Positions 34,725-43,874 of a stretch of 64,000 bases of DNA are shown one piece after another. The translations under genes and the position numbers were made by a program. Source of the DNA: a virus (taxonomy: Duplodnaviria > Caudoviricetes). Numbering within the stretch: position 1 is the stretch's first letter; each line of letters begins with the position of its first letter. The notes beneath the pieces are model-generated. The model saw nothing but the letters and a program-made list of their open reading frames with translations. It was not told the DNA's origin and made no database searches. The DNA lies in IMG/VR virus record IMGVR_UViG_3300031911_000003, positions 1 to 64,000 of that record; one strand, written 5' to 3'.

Positions 34725-36281
34725 TTACATCTTTCGCTTCGCCTGCTCCATCTCCGACGGGTCGGCGCCCTGCCCGGTCATGCTCCGGAAGACAGCGTAG
34801 ACCTGGCGCTCGGACACCCGACCTTGCTTTCGGGCGAGCGATCGCCAAAGGTTCGCGAGTATCTCTATTCGAGCCTGTGGCGTCGAGGCCGCGACCTTCG
34901 ACTTCGGTCGCTCCCCGACGTCGCCGAGCCTGTCAGCCGTCTCTTCCGGCGGAGGTTTCACCTGCGCGAGCGCCGCACCGCAAGAGCAGCTCGCCTGCGA
35001 CGAGGGCCAGACGGACAGGCACCGCGGGCAGTACCGGCACGACAGGAACCCGTGCTTGTCGCGAGGCGCGCGGCCAGAGGGCGTCTCGCCGTCGAGGGTG
35101 AAGGTGTGGTGGTCGCGCAGCGGCACGAAGCGGCGCCAGTTCTCTGAGTGGCTGAGCACGCGCGCGAACTTCTTCGGCACGGCTGGCATCGGGCCAAGCG
35201 TGGTTTGTATCGTGTTGCCGTTCGGGCGGTTCACGCGGCACTCGGCCTGCCGGTACAGGCACTCCGACATCGTCGGCGCGCAGTCGCTGAGCGTCGAGAC
35301 TGGTACGAACGGCGGCGGGTTGCCGGACGGCCAAAGAATGGAACGCAAGCGCAAGACGCGCTCGTAGTCGCTGGGATTGTTCCACCCCTCGCCGATGATG
35401 TCGGGGTTGCCCGCACGCACGACGCAGTCGAGGCCAAGCGGCGAGCCGAGAGCACCGCCGATCGCGAGGCGGGCTAGAATGAGATCACGCTCCGCGGGGG
35501 GCAGCTCGCCGTGCAGCACCGCGGCGCGGAAGCCGGCGGCGCAGAGCCGCTCGGCCCTGTGGTGAGCATCCGCGACGCTGACAGCGCGCACCGTGAAGGG
35601 GTAGCCTTCCCAGAAGCGCTTCGCCTCGTCGACCATGTTGCCGACGAGCTTGCGCGTCCGCTGCTCGAGCTCGGTGGCGACGAACTCACCTCGCGCCATC
35701 GGGATGCGCGAGGTATCCGGGGCGTCGAGGCCCTTCACCTCTGGTTCGAGTATGGTCCCGTCGGCGAAGAGTTCGGTGGGTTTCACAGGCTCGATGATGA
35801 CGTCGCCCGGGATGGGCTTGCCGCTGAGGGTGTAGGGCGTCGCGGTGAGGCCGAGCACGTAGACGACGCGGTAGACTGATTGGAACCGCGAGAGGAGCTT
35901 GGTGAACGTCTCGCACGTACCGTGGTGGTGCTCGTCCGAGACGAGCAGACACCTGTCCGCGAGCGACCGGAAGTCACGGCGCGCGAGGGTGTCGCGGCCG
36001 GCGACGCGCAGCGGGGCAGGCTGTGGGCTTGGCCTTCCGGCAACGTATAGACTCGGGCTGAGGTGTCGCAGCTCCGTCGCCGCCTGCTCGATGAGCTCGA
36101 CGCGGTGCGCGAGGAACCAGGCGTCCCAGCCACCGACGCAAAGCAGCCGCTCGATGGTCATGCGAGCGCAGCGGGTCTTACCTGCTCCCGGCGGTAAGGC
36201 TAGGATTACGTTGCGGTATTTCTTAGACCAGGCGTCTGGGAGGTCGCGCTCAACGAAGCGCTGCTGGAAGGCGCGCGGCAT
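34725..36281 (-). CDS. superfamily II helicase with C-terminal Zn ribbon
   Basis: LPPGAGKT, LAHRVELIEQA, SDEHHH (DExH-like), LGLTATP, GEGW, CPRC...CSCG. Confidence 0.85.
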   Translation of the reverse strand: MPRAFQQRFVERDLPDAWSKKYRNVILALPPGAGKTRCARMTIERLLCVGGWDAWFLAHRVELIEQAATELRHLSPSLYVAGRPSPQPAPLRVAGRDTLARRDFRSLADRCLLVSDEHHHGTCETFTKLLSRFQSVYRVVYVLGLTATPYTLSGKPIPGDVIIEPVKPTELFADGTILEPEVKGLDAPDTSRIPMARGEFVATELEQRTRKLVGNMVDEAKRFWEGYPFTVRAVSVADAHHRAERLCAAGFRAAVLHGELPPAERDLILARLAIGGALGSPLGLDCVVRAGNPDIIGEGWNNPSDYERVLRLRSILWPSGNPPPFVPVSTLSDCAPTMSECLYRQAECRVNRPNGNTIQTTLGPMPAVPKKFARVLSHSENWRRFVPLRDHHTFTLDGETPSGRAPRDKHGFLSCRYCPRCLSVWPSSQASCSCGAALAQVKPPPEETADRLGDVGERPKSKVAASTPQARIEILANLWRSLARKQGRVSERQVYAVFRSMTGQGADPSEMEQAKRKM

Positions 36282-37229
36282 CTAGACAGAGCCGCGACCG
36301 TTGCACGTCGAGCAAGTGAACGAAGCCATCTGCATGAATGGCTCGTCGCTGGCTATGGAACCGAGGCCGTTGCAGACAACACAGGTGCGCTTTTTGGCAG
36401 TTCTTGTTGCTTGCTTGAACTCCTCTAACTTCGAGGCTGGAATGGGTGCGCCGTGCGTCAGGCTAACGGGGCGCCGACAGCTGAGACATTTGCCGCAACG
36501 CGGAAGTCGCTGGCAATCTTCGACGAGAAGCTCGTCACGCTCCTTTCTGACCCTTTCGAGAGCAGCACGCGTCTCGGCGTGTAGTGCGATCTCGTTCTCG
36601 AGCGCCGACGGTGCGCGCTGCCCGCGCATCGCATGCTGGCACAGCGTCTCCCAAGTGTCGTAGTCGAAGTCCTTGCCGCGCTTTGTCCGCGCGTAGGTGA
36701 CGCACTCGTCGAGGAGCTTCTGGCATTCGAGCATTACTGCGACTTGGTTTGCGTGCGCTTTGCTCTGCGTTTCGAGTAGCGCCCCGAGCTGATCGGATTC
36801 AGAGCGTGCCACATCGCGCGCCTTAATCTCCTCGTCGAGGTCTTTAACGAGGCGCTGCTTCGTCTCTGCCCAGTCAGTACTGAGCTTCGCGAGCAGTGCC
36901 TCCGTCTCGATCGCGAACTGCGCCCCGACCTGCCGTACCCCACTGACGATGAAGTGGCGCGAGATGGCTGCCCACAGCTGGACGTGCTCGAAGCCGAGTG
37001 GCGGGGCTTCGACAGTCACCTGCGCGAGGATCAGCGCCAGCGCGCCGTGCATCTCGTGGGACTGCGGCGTCGGCGCCTCCGTCATGAGTAACTTGTGGAT
37101 GGCGAGCGGGTTCGGGCAGGCACCCCGCTTGACGGCGCAGCACAGCGCCTGCATTTGCTCGCATAGCAGCGCGACTTCCGTAGTCGAGGCCGCGAGCTTG
37201 GCGCGTAGGTAGGCGTTGTTGGCGATCAT
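36282..37229 (-). CDS. coiled-coil protein with C-terminal DnaJ-type Zn finger
   Basis: ATGA coupling at 37229; CVVCNGLG...CSTCNGRG. Confidence 0.55.
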   Translation of the reverse strand: MIANNAYLRAKLAASTTEVALLCEQMQALCCAVKRGACPNPLAIHKLLMTEAPTPQSHEMHGALALILAQVTVEAPPLGFEHVQLWAAISRHFIVSGVRQVGAQFAIETEALLAKLSTDWAETKQRLVKDLDEEIKARDVARSESDQLGALLETQSKAHANQVAVMLECQKLLDECVTYARTKRGKDFDYDTWETLCQHAMRGQRAPSALENEIALHAETRAALERVRKERDELLVEDCQRLPRCGKCLSCRRPVSLTHGAPIPASKLEEFKQATRTAKKRTCVVCNGLGSIASDEPFMQMASFTCSTCNGRGSV

Positions 37230-37468
37230 CGCCCCATCTCTTCGTTGCGATCGAGCTGAAAACGCACGAACTTGAGGTCGGCGTGGCGCAGCCCGACGAG
37301 GCCGGCAAGTGCGAGCGCTAGGCAGATGAGGACGGCAAACAGCGGCCAACGCGGCGGTTGCGGAACGGCGAGCAGCCCGCTCTGCTTGTCTGCGCGCTGC
37401 AGGCACCTCTCAATTTCCGCGTCGCTGAGGGTATAGGTTGAGCGAATGGTATTCTGCGATGGCTGCAT
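37226..37468 (-). CDS. small single-TM protein
   Basis: GGAGG SD; first gene after a promoter. Confidence 0.55.
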   Translation of the reverse strand: MQPSQNTIRSTYTLSDAEIERCLQRADKQSGLLAVPQPPRWPLFAVLICLALALAGLVGLRHADLKFVRFQLDRNEEMGR

Positions 37469-37490
37469 GATCTACCTCCGAATAGATTTG

Positions 37491-37519
37491 AGCGTAGCGG
37501 ACTGGACACAAAACGTCAA
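37491..37519 (-). promoter_or_regulatory. sigma70-type promoter TTGACG-N17-TACGCT for the leftward early operon
   Basis: -35 box at 37519-37514, -10 box at 37496-37491. Confidence 0.6.
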
Positions 37520-37540
37520 TCTGCGGTAGCGTGTGCCCCC

Positions 37541-37897
37541 ATGAACAGACGATCATTCTTCAAGTGGTGGCTGGCTGCGATGGCTGCGAGCGCGATCCCG
37601 ATCGGAGCCAAGGCAGTGAAGCCGCGGCGCTGTCGCATATGGCTGTCGGAGTGGCGCGCTGGCGATCTGACTCCATGTGCTGCGACACACCGCGAGCCGG
37701 TGACGTTCCGCGACTGTGCATTCGACGAGCGAGTACGATCGGTCAAGCTCAGTGAGCCTCTGTGCTCTGATTCAACGCACGCGGCCCGCGAGCTCGAGCG
37801 CGGTGACGCCGTCTTCCGCGCCTCCGTCGAGCGCTACTCCCGAATCGACCTGCCGAACCAGATCTACGTCGTCCACAGCGTCGAGGTGCTGCCATGA
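37541..37897 (+). CDS. hypothetical protein with twin-arginine-like N-terminus
   Basis: MNRRSFFKWWLAAMAASAIPIGAKA; ATGA-coupled to the MTase. Confidence 0.55.
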   Translation: MNRRSFFKWWLAAMAASAIPIGAKAVKPRRCRIWLSEWRAGDLTPCAATHREPVTFRDCAFDERVRSVKLSEPLCSDSTHAARELERGDAVFRASVERYSRIDLPNQIYVVHSVEVLP

Positions 37898-38586
37898 ATA
37901 CGGACCTCATGTTCTCGTCAACGACGAACGAACACTTCACGCCACCATGGGTGCTCGACGAAGTCGAGAAGCTCGGCCCAATAGGGCTAGACCCGTGTGC
38001 GCACCCGAAGTCGGAGGCCTCAAGGCGAGCGCGCTACAGCATCTTCTCGCACCCTCGAGCGCCTGATCAGTGGATTCCAGGCGGGAAGATTCACTGTTTC
38101 AACGATGACGGCCTTCAACATGATTGGCATAGGCTTCTCGTCGCAGATGAGATCATCTTCTGGAACCCACCTTATGGGCGCGAGCTCGCGAAGTGGGCGG
38201 CGAAGGGTGCTGCCGAGAACTGCCCGCAGGTGGCGCTCGTCCCCGCGCGCATCGATACGGCATGGTGGCGCAAGCTCGATCCTGTCGCATGGTGCGCGCT
38301 GTCGGGTCGGCTCAAGTTCTGGCACCTACCACACGATTGGATCGATAGCACAAGTGGTCTGGGTGCCGTATGTTCCAAATGTGCCTTGGCAATAGATGCC
38401 GTCACCCACAAACATCTGCTTGAACTCAAAGCAATTCGACCGACCTGCCCAAACGCCGAGTCGGTTGAGTGCGAGAACAGCGCGCCTTTTCCCTCGGCGG
38501 TGTGCCTGCTGCACGCCGCACACCTGAAGCAGAGGTTCGTCGAGATCTGGTCGCGGCACGGCTTGGTGTATGAACGGGTTCGCTGA
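37894..38586 (+). CDS. phage DNA N6-adenine methyltransferase (Dam_met family)
   Basis: MFSSTTNEHFTPPW, LDPCA, DDGL...W, WNPPYGR, LVPARIDTAWW, GRLKF, SAPFPSAV. Confidence 0.85.
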   Translation: MNTDLMFSSTTNEHFTPPWVLDEVEKLGPIGLDPCAHPKSEASRRARYSIFSHPRAPDQWIPGGKIHCFNDDGLQHDWHRLLVADEIIFWNPPYGRELAKWAAKGAAENCPQVALVPARIDTAWWRKLDPVAWCALSGRLKFWHLPHDWIDSTSGLGAVCSKCALAIDAVTHKHLLELKAIRPTCPNAESVECENSAPFPSAVCLLHAAHLKQRFVEIWSRHGLVYERVR

Positions 38587-38672
38587 ATTCATCCTAGCCC
38601 CAGCGTGTGGGTTCTTGTATAAATATGACCTCGTTTAATTGCGCCTCTTCGGCGCAGAGAGGTACAAAGAGC

Positions 38673-40316
38673 ATGAACTTTCACGTTTGGGGTTCTCTGG
38701 CATCGAAAATCGCGGAGCAGCGGTATCTACATCCGGGCGAAACGTGGGTGGTGGGTCTAGCACCCCGCGTCTCAACAAACACTTTTTCAACTGTCAAATC
38801 GCGAGGCTGCCCGGTTCCAGAGGGGGAGGTGACTCGCATGATCGCCAACCGCCAGTTTCTTCCCGGGGGTCGGTATCTGTACGCCTGCGGAAGACCGCTG
38901 CACCAAACGCAGAATTGTCTGTTGTTCTTAGTCGAGGATTCGCGTGAGGGGTGGGCCGACCACTACTACAAGCACGTCATGGGCTTGTCGACGGGTGCTG
39001 GCATCGGAAGTGTCTACAGCAACGTTCGGCAGAAAGGCGCAAAGCTGAACCGTACGGGGGGTGTGGCTGGTGGGCCAATAAACTTGATGCTCGGCATTAA
39101 TGAAGCAGCTCACACTGTACGCCAAGGAGGCGATCGGCGTGCGGCGCTTTGGGCGGGCCTCCATTGGTGGCATCCAGATGCGCTGGAGTATTGCTCGGTG
39201 AAAGATTGGTCTGAGGATGTGCGCCAACGGAAAGCAGAAAATTGGGAAACGCCAGCGCCGCTCGATTACACGAATCAGAGCGTCTGCTACGACGACGAAT
39301 TTTTCCAAGCTGTCGCTGAGCGAAGCACCGAGAAGCGACGTCAAGCTGACGCCGTATATTGGAAAAACGTGGCTCATGCGCTCCGCACAGGCGATCCCGG
39401 CTTATCTGTCGATTGCGGCGTCAATGCAGGCGAGTGGCTTCGTAACGCCTGCACGGAAGTCAGCTCTCGCGACGACAGCGATATTTGCAACATCGGAAGC
39501 CTGAATTTGGCTCGGTACGAGACACTCGCAGAGTTCGAACGCGACCTACCCTGCGCCGTAGCGTTCTTACTCGCTGGCAGCGAATACAGCGACGTACCGT
39601 ACGAGAAAGTTCGCGTTGTTCGTCAGAAGAACCGTCGGCTCGGTTTGGGCCTTATGGGTGTTCACGAGTGGCTGCTTCGACGCGGCAAAAAGTACGGCCC
39701 AGATGTTGAACTAGGTCTGTGGCTGGCGGTCTACGCGCGATCAACCGAGATCGCTGCACGCCTTGCTGACGAGTGGAGTCTTTCACGTCCCGTGAAAACT
39801 CGAGCCATGGCGCCCAATGGCACGATTGGCCTCGTGGCCGAGACAACTACTTGCCTAGAACCGCTTCTCTGCGTAGCGAAAAAACGCCGCGTAAAGCAAG
39901 GAGATGAGACGTGGGCGCAATACAGCGTCGATCCTGTCGCTGAGCGCCTCATAAACGAGGGTGTCGAGATCGGCAACATCGAAACGGCCTACGATCTCTC
40001 TGGTTCACTCGCGGGAATCGAGCGTCGCGTCGCTTTTCAGGCGTGGTTTCAACAATTCGTCGATCACGGCATCGCATCGACGATCAACATCGCTTCGTGG
40101 GGTAGCGCGTCAAACAATGAAGACACCGTGAAGCCGTTCGGCGAGATGTTACTCAAATATTTACCACATCTGCGCGGCATCACCGTATATCCTGACGGTG
40201 CGCGATCGGGACAACCAATTGTTCCTGTGAGCTACGAAACGGCGCGCAAACATGGGGAAGAGATCGTTTACGAGTCGGCTGATGTCTGTGAGATGCGCGG
40301 AGGAGGCTGTGGCTAG
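38673..40316 (+). CDS. nrdJ: class II (B12-dependent) ribonucleotide reductase
   Basis: FLPGGRYL, QNC, RQGGDRRAA, NACTE, CNIGSLN, RRLGLGLMG, APNGTIG, DHGIASTIN, C-terminal Cys pair; no beta subunit in the window. Confidence 0.85.
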   Translation: MNFHVWGSLASKIAEQRYLHPGETWVVGLAPRVSTNTFSTVKSRGCPVPEGEVTRMIANRQFLPGGRYLYACGRPLHQTQNCLLFLVEDSREGWADHYYKHVMGLSTGAGIGSVYSNVRQKGAKLNRTGGVAGGPINLMLGINEAAHTVRQGGDRRAALWAGLHWWHPDALEYCSVKDWSEDVRQRKAENWETPAPLDYTNQSVCYDDEFFQAVAERSTEKRRQADAVYWKNVAHALRTGDPGLSVDCGVNAGEWLRNACTEVSSRDDSDICNIGSLNLARYETLAEFERDLPCAVAFLLAGSEYSDVPYEKVRVVRQKNRRLGLGLMGVHEWLLRRGKKYGPDVELGLWLAVYARSTEIAARLADEWSLSRPVKTRAMAPNGTIGLVAETTTCLEPLLCVAKKRRVKQGDETWAQYSVDPVAERLINEGVEIGNIETAYDLSGSLAGIERRVAFQAWFQQFVDHGIASTINIASWGSASNNEDTVKPFGEMLLKYLPHLRGITVYPDGARSGQPIVPVSYETARKHGEEIVYESADVCEMRGGGCG

Positions 40317-41230
40317 TTTGCAAGTTCCCGACGCGCGGCCTCGAACTCCGCCGCGACTACCAGTGCGCCGAGTGCCAGCCAGCGACCGATGCGGCGCAGC
40401 CCGCAGGAAGCTTCTAGGACCGCGCACAGAGCGATCGAGAAGGCCAGCCAGCCCGACCAGCCGAGTGGCCCCTTGGACGCGGCCAGAGCGCACAGAAGGG
40501 ACGCCCCGCGATAGGCTGGGTACACGACGCTTTCCCTCGTGCCGTGCAAGACGAGCCGCAGCCCAAACAGCCCGCAGCCCATCGAGGCAAGAGCAACGAG
40601 CCACAAGCGCCAGTCGGCGAGCGGCGCCGCAGGCGCAAAGCTGCCCGCCGCAGCCAGGCACAGCGTCAGTCCCATGACCGCGACCTGCCCGGCGCCGAAG
40701 AAGCCAGGCTTCAAGCCACGATCACCCTTGGCCATCCGGACGGCCCGGAGCTTCAGACGTTGCCCGAGTACGTAGGTGCAGGCGAGGAGCAGCGGAATGG
40801 GGAGCCAGCGCAGAGGCTTGTGCAGCGCAGCTAGGAGCACGGCGGCAAAGACGGCTGCGGAGAGCGCAAGGCGCTGCCTCAGTGGGCGACGATCAAGCGG
40901 ATCGGGGAAGAGCAGGCACCCGCCCTTGCCGGCGACGACGGCGACGAGCGACGACGGCATGAGCAGCGCCAGCGTTTCGGAGGTGAGGACCAGCGTCGAG
41001 GCGGCGGCCGAGAGCAGTTCGGCCCGCGTCGGTGGCCACATGCGCGGCAGCGGTGCGCGCAATCGGTAGACGAAGCAGCCGAGCGCGTACCAGAGGGGGA
41101 TCGCCAGCGCATAGACCTGGAAAGCGCCGAGTGGGTGATGCGCGCCGCCGGCTAGGCCGCAGAGCTTGGCGTAGGTGAAGGAGCACAAAGCGTAACCGAG
41201 GAGCAGGAACCCGACGCGTGGCTCGTTCAT
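40313..41230 (-). CDS. polytopic membrane protein (DMT/EamA-like?)
   Basis: About 10 hydrophobic segments; family assignment uncertain. Confidence 0.5.
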   Translation of the reverse strand: MNEPRVGFLLLGYALCSFTYAKLCGLAGGAHHPLGAFQVYALAIPLWYALGCFVYRLRAPLPRMWPPTRAELLSAAASTLVLTSETLALLMPSSLVAVVAGKGGCLLFPDPLDRRPLRQRLALSAAVFAAVLLAALHKPLRWLPIPLLLACTYVLGQRLKLRAVRMAKGDRGLKPGFFGAGQVAVMGLTLCLAAAGSFAPAAPLADWRLWLVALASMGCGLFGLRLVLHGTRESVVYPAYRGASLLCALAASKGPLGWSGWLAFSIALCAVLEASCGLRRIGRWLALGALVVAAEFEAARRELAN

Positions 41231-41322
41231 GCCTGGATGTTCGCAACCCACGGTGCTTGCGTCTAGCTCTCGAGTCGGAGTAGGTTCAATCGGCTATTAG
41301 GTTTGAACAGGAGCAAACAGAA

Positions 41323-42189
41323 ATGTCACTGAGAGTCCTTCGATCTGAGCAAGACGCCTCCGTCAACTTCGTCGAAGAGCAGCTCGCCGGCTTCCTCGAG
41401 GCACGTTACGTGCGGCGTCGCGCTGACTACTTCGTCTGCTATCTGAGCAGTCACAGCGGATGCAATCGTGGCTGCGAATTCTGCCACCTGACCGCGACAG
41501 GGCAGACGAGTTTTGCGCCCTCGACGATCAACGACTTCGAGAGCCAGGCACTGTCGGTGCTCCGGCACTATCGCAGAGAGTCGCCGGCCCGCTACATGCA
41601 CTTCGCCTTCATGGCCCGAGGTGAGCCGCTGGCGAACCCGCATCTGCTCGAGCGCGGGCAGGAGCTGCTGATCCGACTCGGCAACCTAGCGCGCGACGAG
41701 GGGCTGCCCTCGAAGTTCTGCGTCTCGACGATCATGCCGCAAACGCTGCGCAAGCCGCTCGTCGACGTCTTCGGCTTCGTCTCGCCGACGATCTACTACA
41801 GCCTCTACTCCGTAGAGCCGGCCTTCCGCGAGCGCTGGCTGCCCACGGCGAAGCCGATCGAGGCCGCGCTGCAAGAGCTCGCAGACTACCAGCGCTTCAG
41901 CAAGAAGATCCTCAAGATCCACTTCGCCCTCATCGAGGGACAGAACGACTCGGCCGACCAGGTCTGCAAGATGTGCGACGCGCTCGACGAGCGCGGCCTA
42001 ATCTGCGAGTTCAACCTCGTCACCTACAACCCAGCGACCGCCGCGCAGGGGCGGGAGAGCGCGCCCGAAGTCATCGCCGAGCGCCTCGCGTACATCTTGG
42101 AGCGCTTTGTCGGAAGGGTGAAGGCAGTCAAGCGCGTTGGCTTCGACGTCAAGGCGAGCTGCGGGATGTTCGTCGGTGGTGAGAAATGA
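41323..42189 (+). CDS. RlmN/Cfr-like radical SAM enzyme (divergent)
   Basis: SSHSGCNRGCEFC, FMARGEPLAN, EFNLVTYNP, GFDVKASCGMF; AGGAG SD. Confidence 0.8.
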   Translation: MSLRVLRSEQDASVNFVEEQLAGFLEARYVRRRADYFVCYLSSHSGCNRGCEFCHLTATGQTSFAPSTINDFESQALSVLRHYRRESPARYMHFAFMARGEPLANPHLLERGQELLIRLGNLARDEGLPSKFCVSTIMPQTLRKPLVDVFGFVSPTIYYSLYSVEPAFRERWLPTAKPIEAALQELADYQRFSKKILKIHFALIEGQNDSADQVCKMCDALDERGLICEFNLVTYNPATAAQGRESAPEVIAERLAYILERFVGRVKAVKRVGFDVKASCGMFVGGEK

Positions 42190-42689
42190 GCGCCTCAAAT
42201 CTCATCGTCGAGTTCAGACTCCTCCATCCAGATGCGAAGCGTCCCGAGTACCAGACCGGTGGCGCGAGTGGGATGGATCTCTACGCTGATGGTAAGGAAG
42301 CTGAAAATCAGTATGGTGGATTAGACGTTCACTGGACTTGTTTAAAGCTCAGTCCCGGTTGGATCTGGCGCATTTCAACGGGCGTCGCCATCTTGATTCC
42401 CACCGGCTGGGAGGCACAGATCCGGCCGCGCTCGTCGCTATCTGCAAAGGGCATCCTATGCCAGCTCGGCACGATCGACAGCGACTACCGGGGCGAATTG
42501 AAGGTTGTCCTGGTGAACCTGAGCGGCGAGCCGTTCGCAGTGCGCCGTGGTGAACGCATCGCGCAGCTAGTCTTCGCGCCGGTCGGGCGCGCGGCGCTTC
42601 AGGAGGTGCGCGAGTTCAGCAGCCGGACGAAGCGCGGCGAGGGTGGATTCGGGAGTACGGGTAAAATGAGGTCAGAATGCAAAGTCTGA
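42186..42689 (+). CDS. dut: trimeric dUTPase
   Basis: GASGMDL, IRPRSSL, GTIDSDYRGE, GERIAQL, RGEGGFGSTG. Confidence 0.95.
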   Translation: MSASNLIVEFRLLHPDAKRPEYQTGGASGMDLYADGKEAENQYGGLDVHWTCLKLSPGWIWRISTGVAILIPTGWEAQIRPRSSLSAKGILCQLGTIDSDYRGELKVVLVNLSGEPFAVRRGERIAQLVFAPVGRAALQEVREFSSRTKRGEGGFGSTGKMRSECKV

Positions 42690-42756
42690 GGTCGAACTCA
42701 TCACGGTACTCGAATGATATGCATAGATCGCAAGGCTTGCGAACGAGCTAAGCGAC

Positions 42757-43791
42757 TCAAACGAGTAAAGAAGCCCCATCCCAATTGAGCAGCACGTCGC
42801 CGAGAGCAAGCGTCGCGCCCGTCTCGGCGCAGCCGTTGTCGGGGTTGACGGCATCGAGCAGCACTGGCGACGATCGACGAAGCCCACCGTAGCGGATCAT
42901 TTGCGAAGTACCCTTCTCGTCGCAGGTGTTGGCGTCTCCGACCTCGCCAGGAAGTAACGTGCCAGCCAGAGCGGCGCGACGCGCGTAGATGAAGGGCAAC
43001 TCGGGCGTCGTCGGCGTCGGGTAGGCTAGGCTCGTCGAGGCGCCGCCCGGCACGTAGCGCTGCGGATCGCCGTTACCGTCGAGCTGGTAGAGCATGCCGG
43101 GCGGGCAGCGGCCCCAAAGCTGCTCGGGCGTCGCGTAGCGGAACAAGCTGCGCGGCGCGGCAGGGTCAGCGCTGATCGTGTCGCAGAGCACGCAGCCTGC
43201 GCCCGTCGCAGCGTAGAAGACGATACGCTCCCTGTCGAGTAGGTTCCCGCCCTTGCCCCGCGGGTTCGGCTGCGGTCTGTCGATGAAGAAGAGCGCGGTC
43301 GGTGCGCCAGTGCCGACGGCGTACGAGAGGAACCAGCACCGCTCATCGTCCTCGCTGGCGTAGCCCTGCATGCGGCTGCCGGAAGACGGCCAGAGCGGTG
43401 AATACGTAGGTGACGCGTCGGTGCCACCACCGAGCAGGTAGATCTCGTCCGCGGCCGATGGCGTCCGCACGAGGTTCGGTGAGCCGCCCGTGAAGCCGGC
43501 ACGCGGACTCCACTTCAACCGCACGCCTCCGACTGCGTCGACTTGCACGCACAGCTCTGTATTAGGGTCGACAACGTCTACGAACGGGCGCCCCCGCAGC
43601 ACGAACCAGGCGCCCGGCGCCGCGAGGCTCGCGGCTGATGTGATGACGTCGCCCTGCGCGGCGTAGACTATGCCCGTCGAAGAAGTTGGCACTGTCCAGT
43701 TAGTTCCGGAAGTGCCGACGTTGAGTGTGCGCTTGAACAGGAAACAAGCTTCGGCGGCCGAGACAGGCGCCGCGTTCTTGAGGAATGCCAT
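42757..43791 (-). CDS. virion structural protein
   Basis: ACCATC 7 nt upstream of ATG; Gly/Pro/Thr-rich beta protein. Confidence 0.55.
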   Translation of the reverse strand: MAFLKNAAPVSAAEACFLFKRTLNVGTSGTNWTVPTSSTGIVYAAQGDVITSAASLAAPGAWFVLRGRPFVDVVDPNTELCVQVDAVGGVRLKWSPRAGFTGGSPNLVRTPSAADEIYLLGGGTDASPTYSPLWPSSGSRMQGYASEDDERCWFLSYAVGTGAPTALFFIDRPQPNPRGKGGNLLDRERIVFYAATGAGCVLCDTISADPAAPRSLFRYATPEQLWGRCPPGMLYQLDGNGDPQRYVPGGASTSLAYPTPTTPELPFIYARRAALAGTLLPGEVGDANTCDEKGTSQMIRYGGLRRSSPVLLDAVNPDNGCAETGATLALGDVLLNWDGASLLV

Positions 43792-43817
43792 ACGAGAGAT
43801 GGTCAGGTCAGCGACGA
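43792..43817. repeat. 26-bp exact direct repeat, copy 2 (copy 1 at 18779-18804)
   Basis: acgagagatggtcaggtcagcgacga. Confidence 0.9.
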
Positions 43818-43874
43818 GCAGAGCTTCAGTGTGTTCGCGTTACTCGCCGCTGTCGGTGAACCCGTTCCACGACC

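Noticed and set aside
38673-40316. Intein or intron in the ribonucleotide reductase
   Set aside because: The ORF is compact and continuous, with no LAGLIDADG or terminal HN-C/S/T motifs
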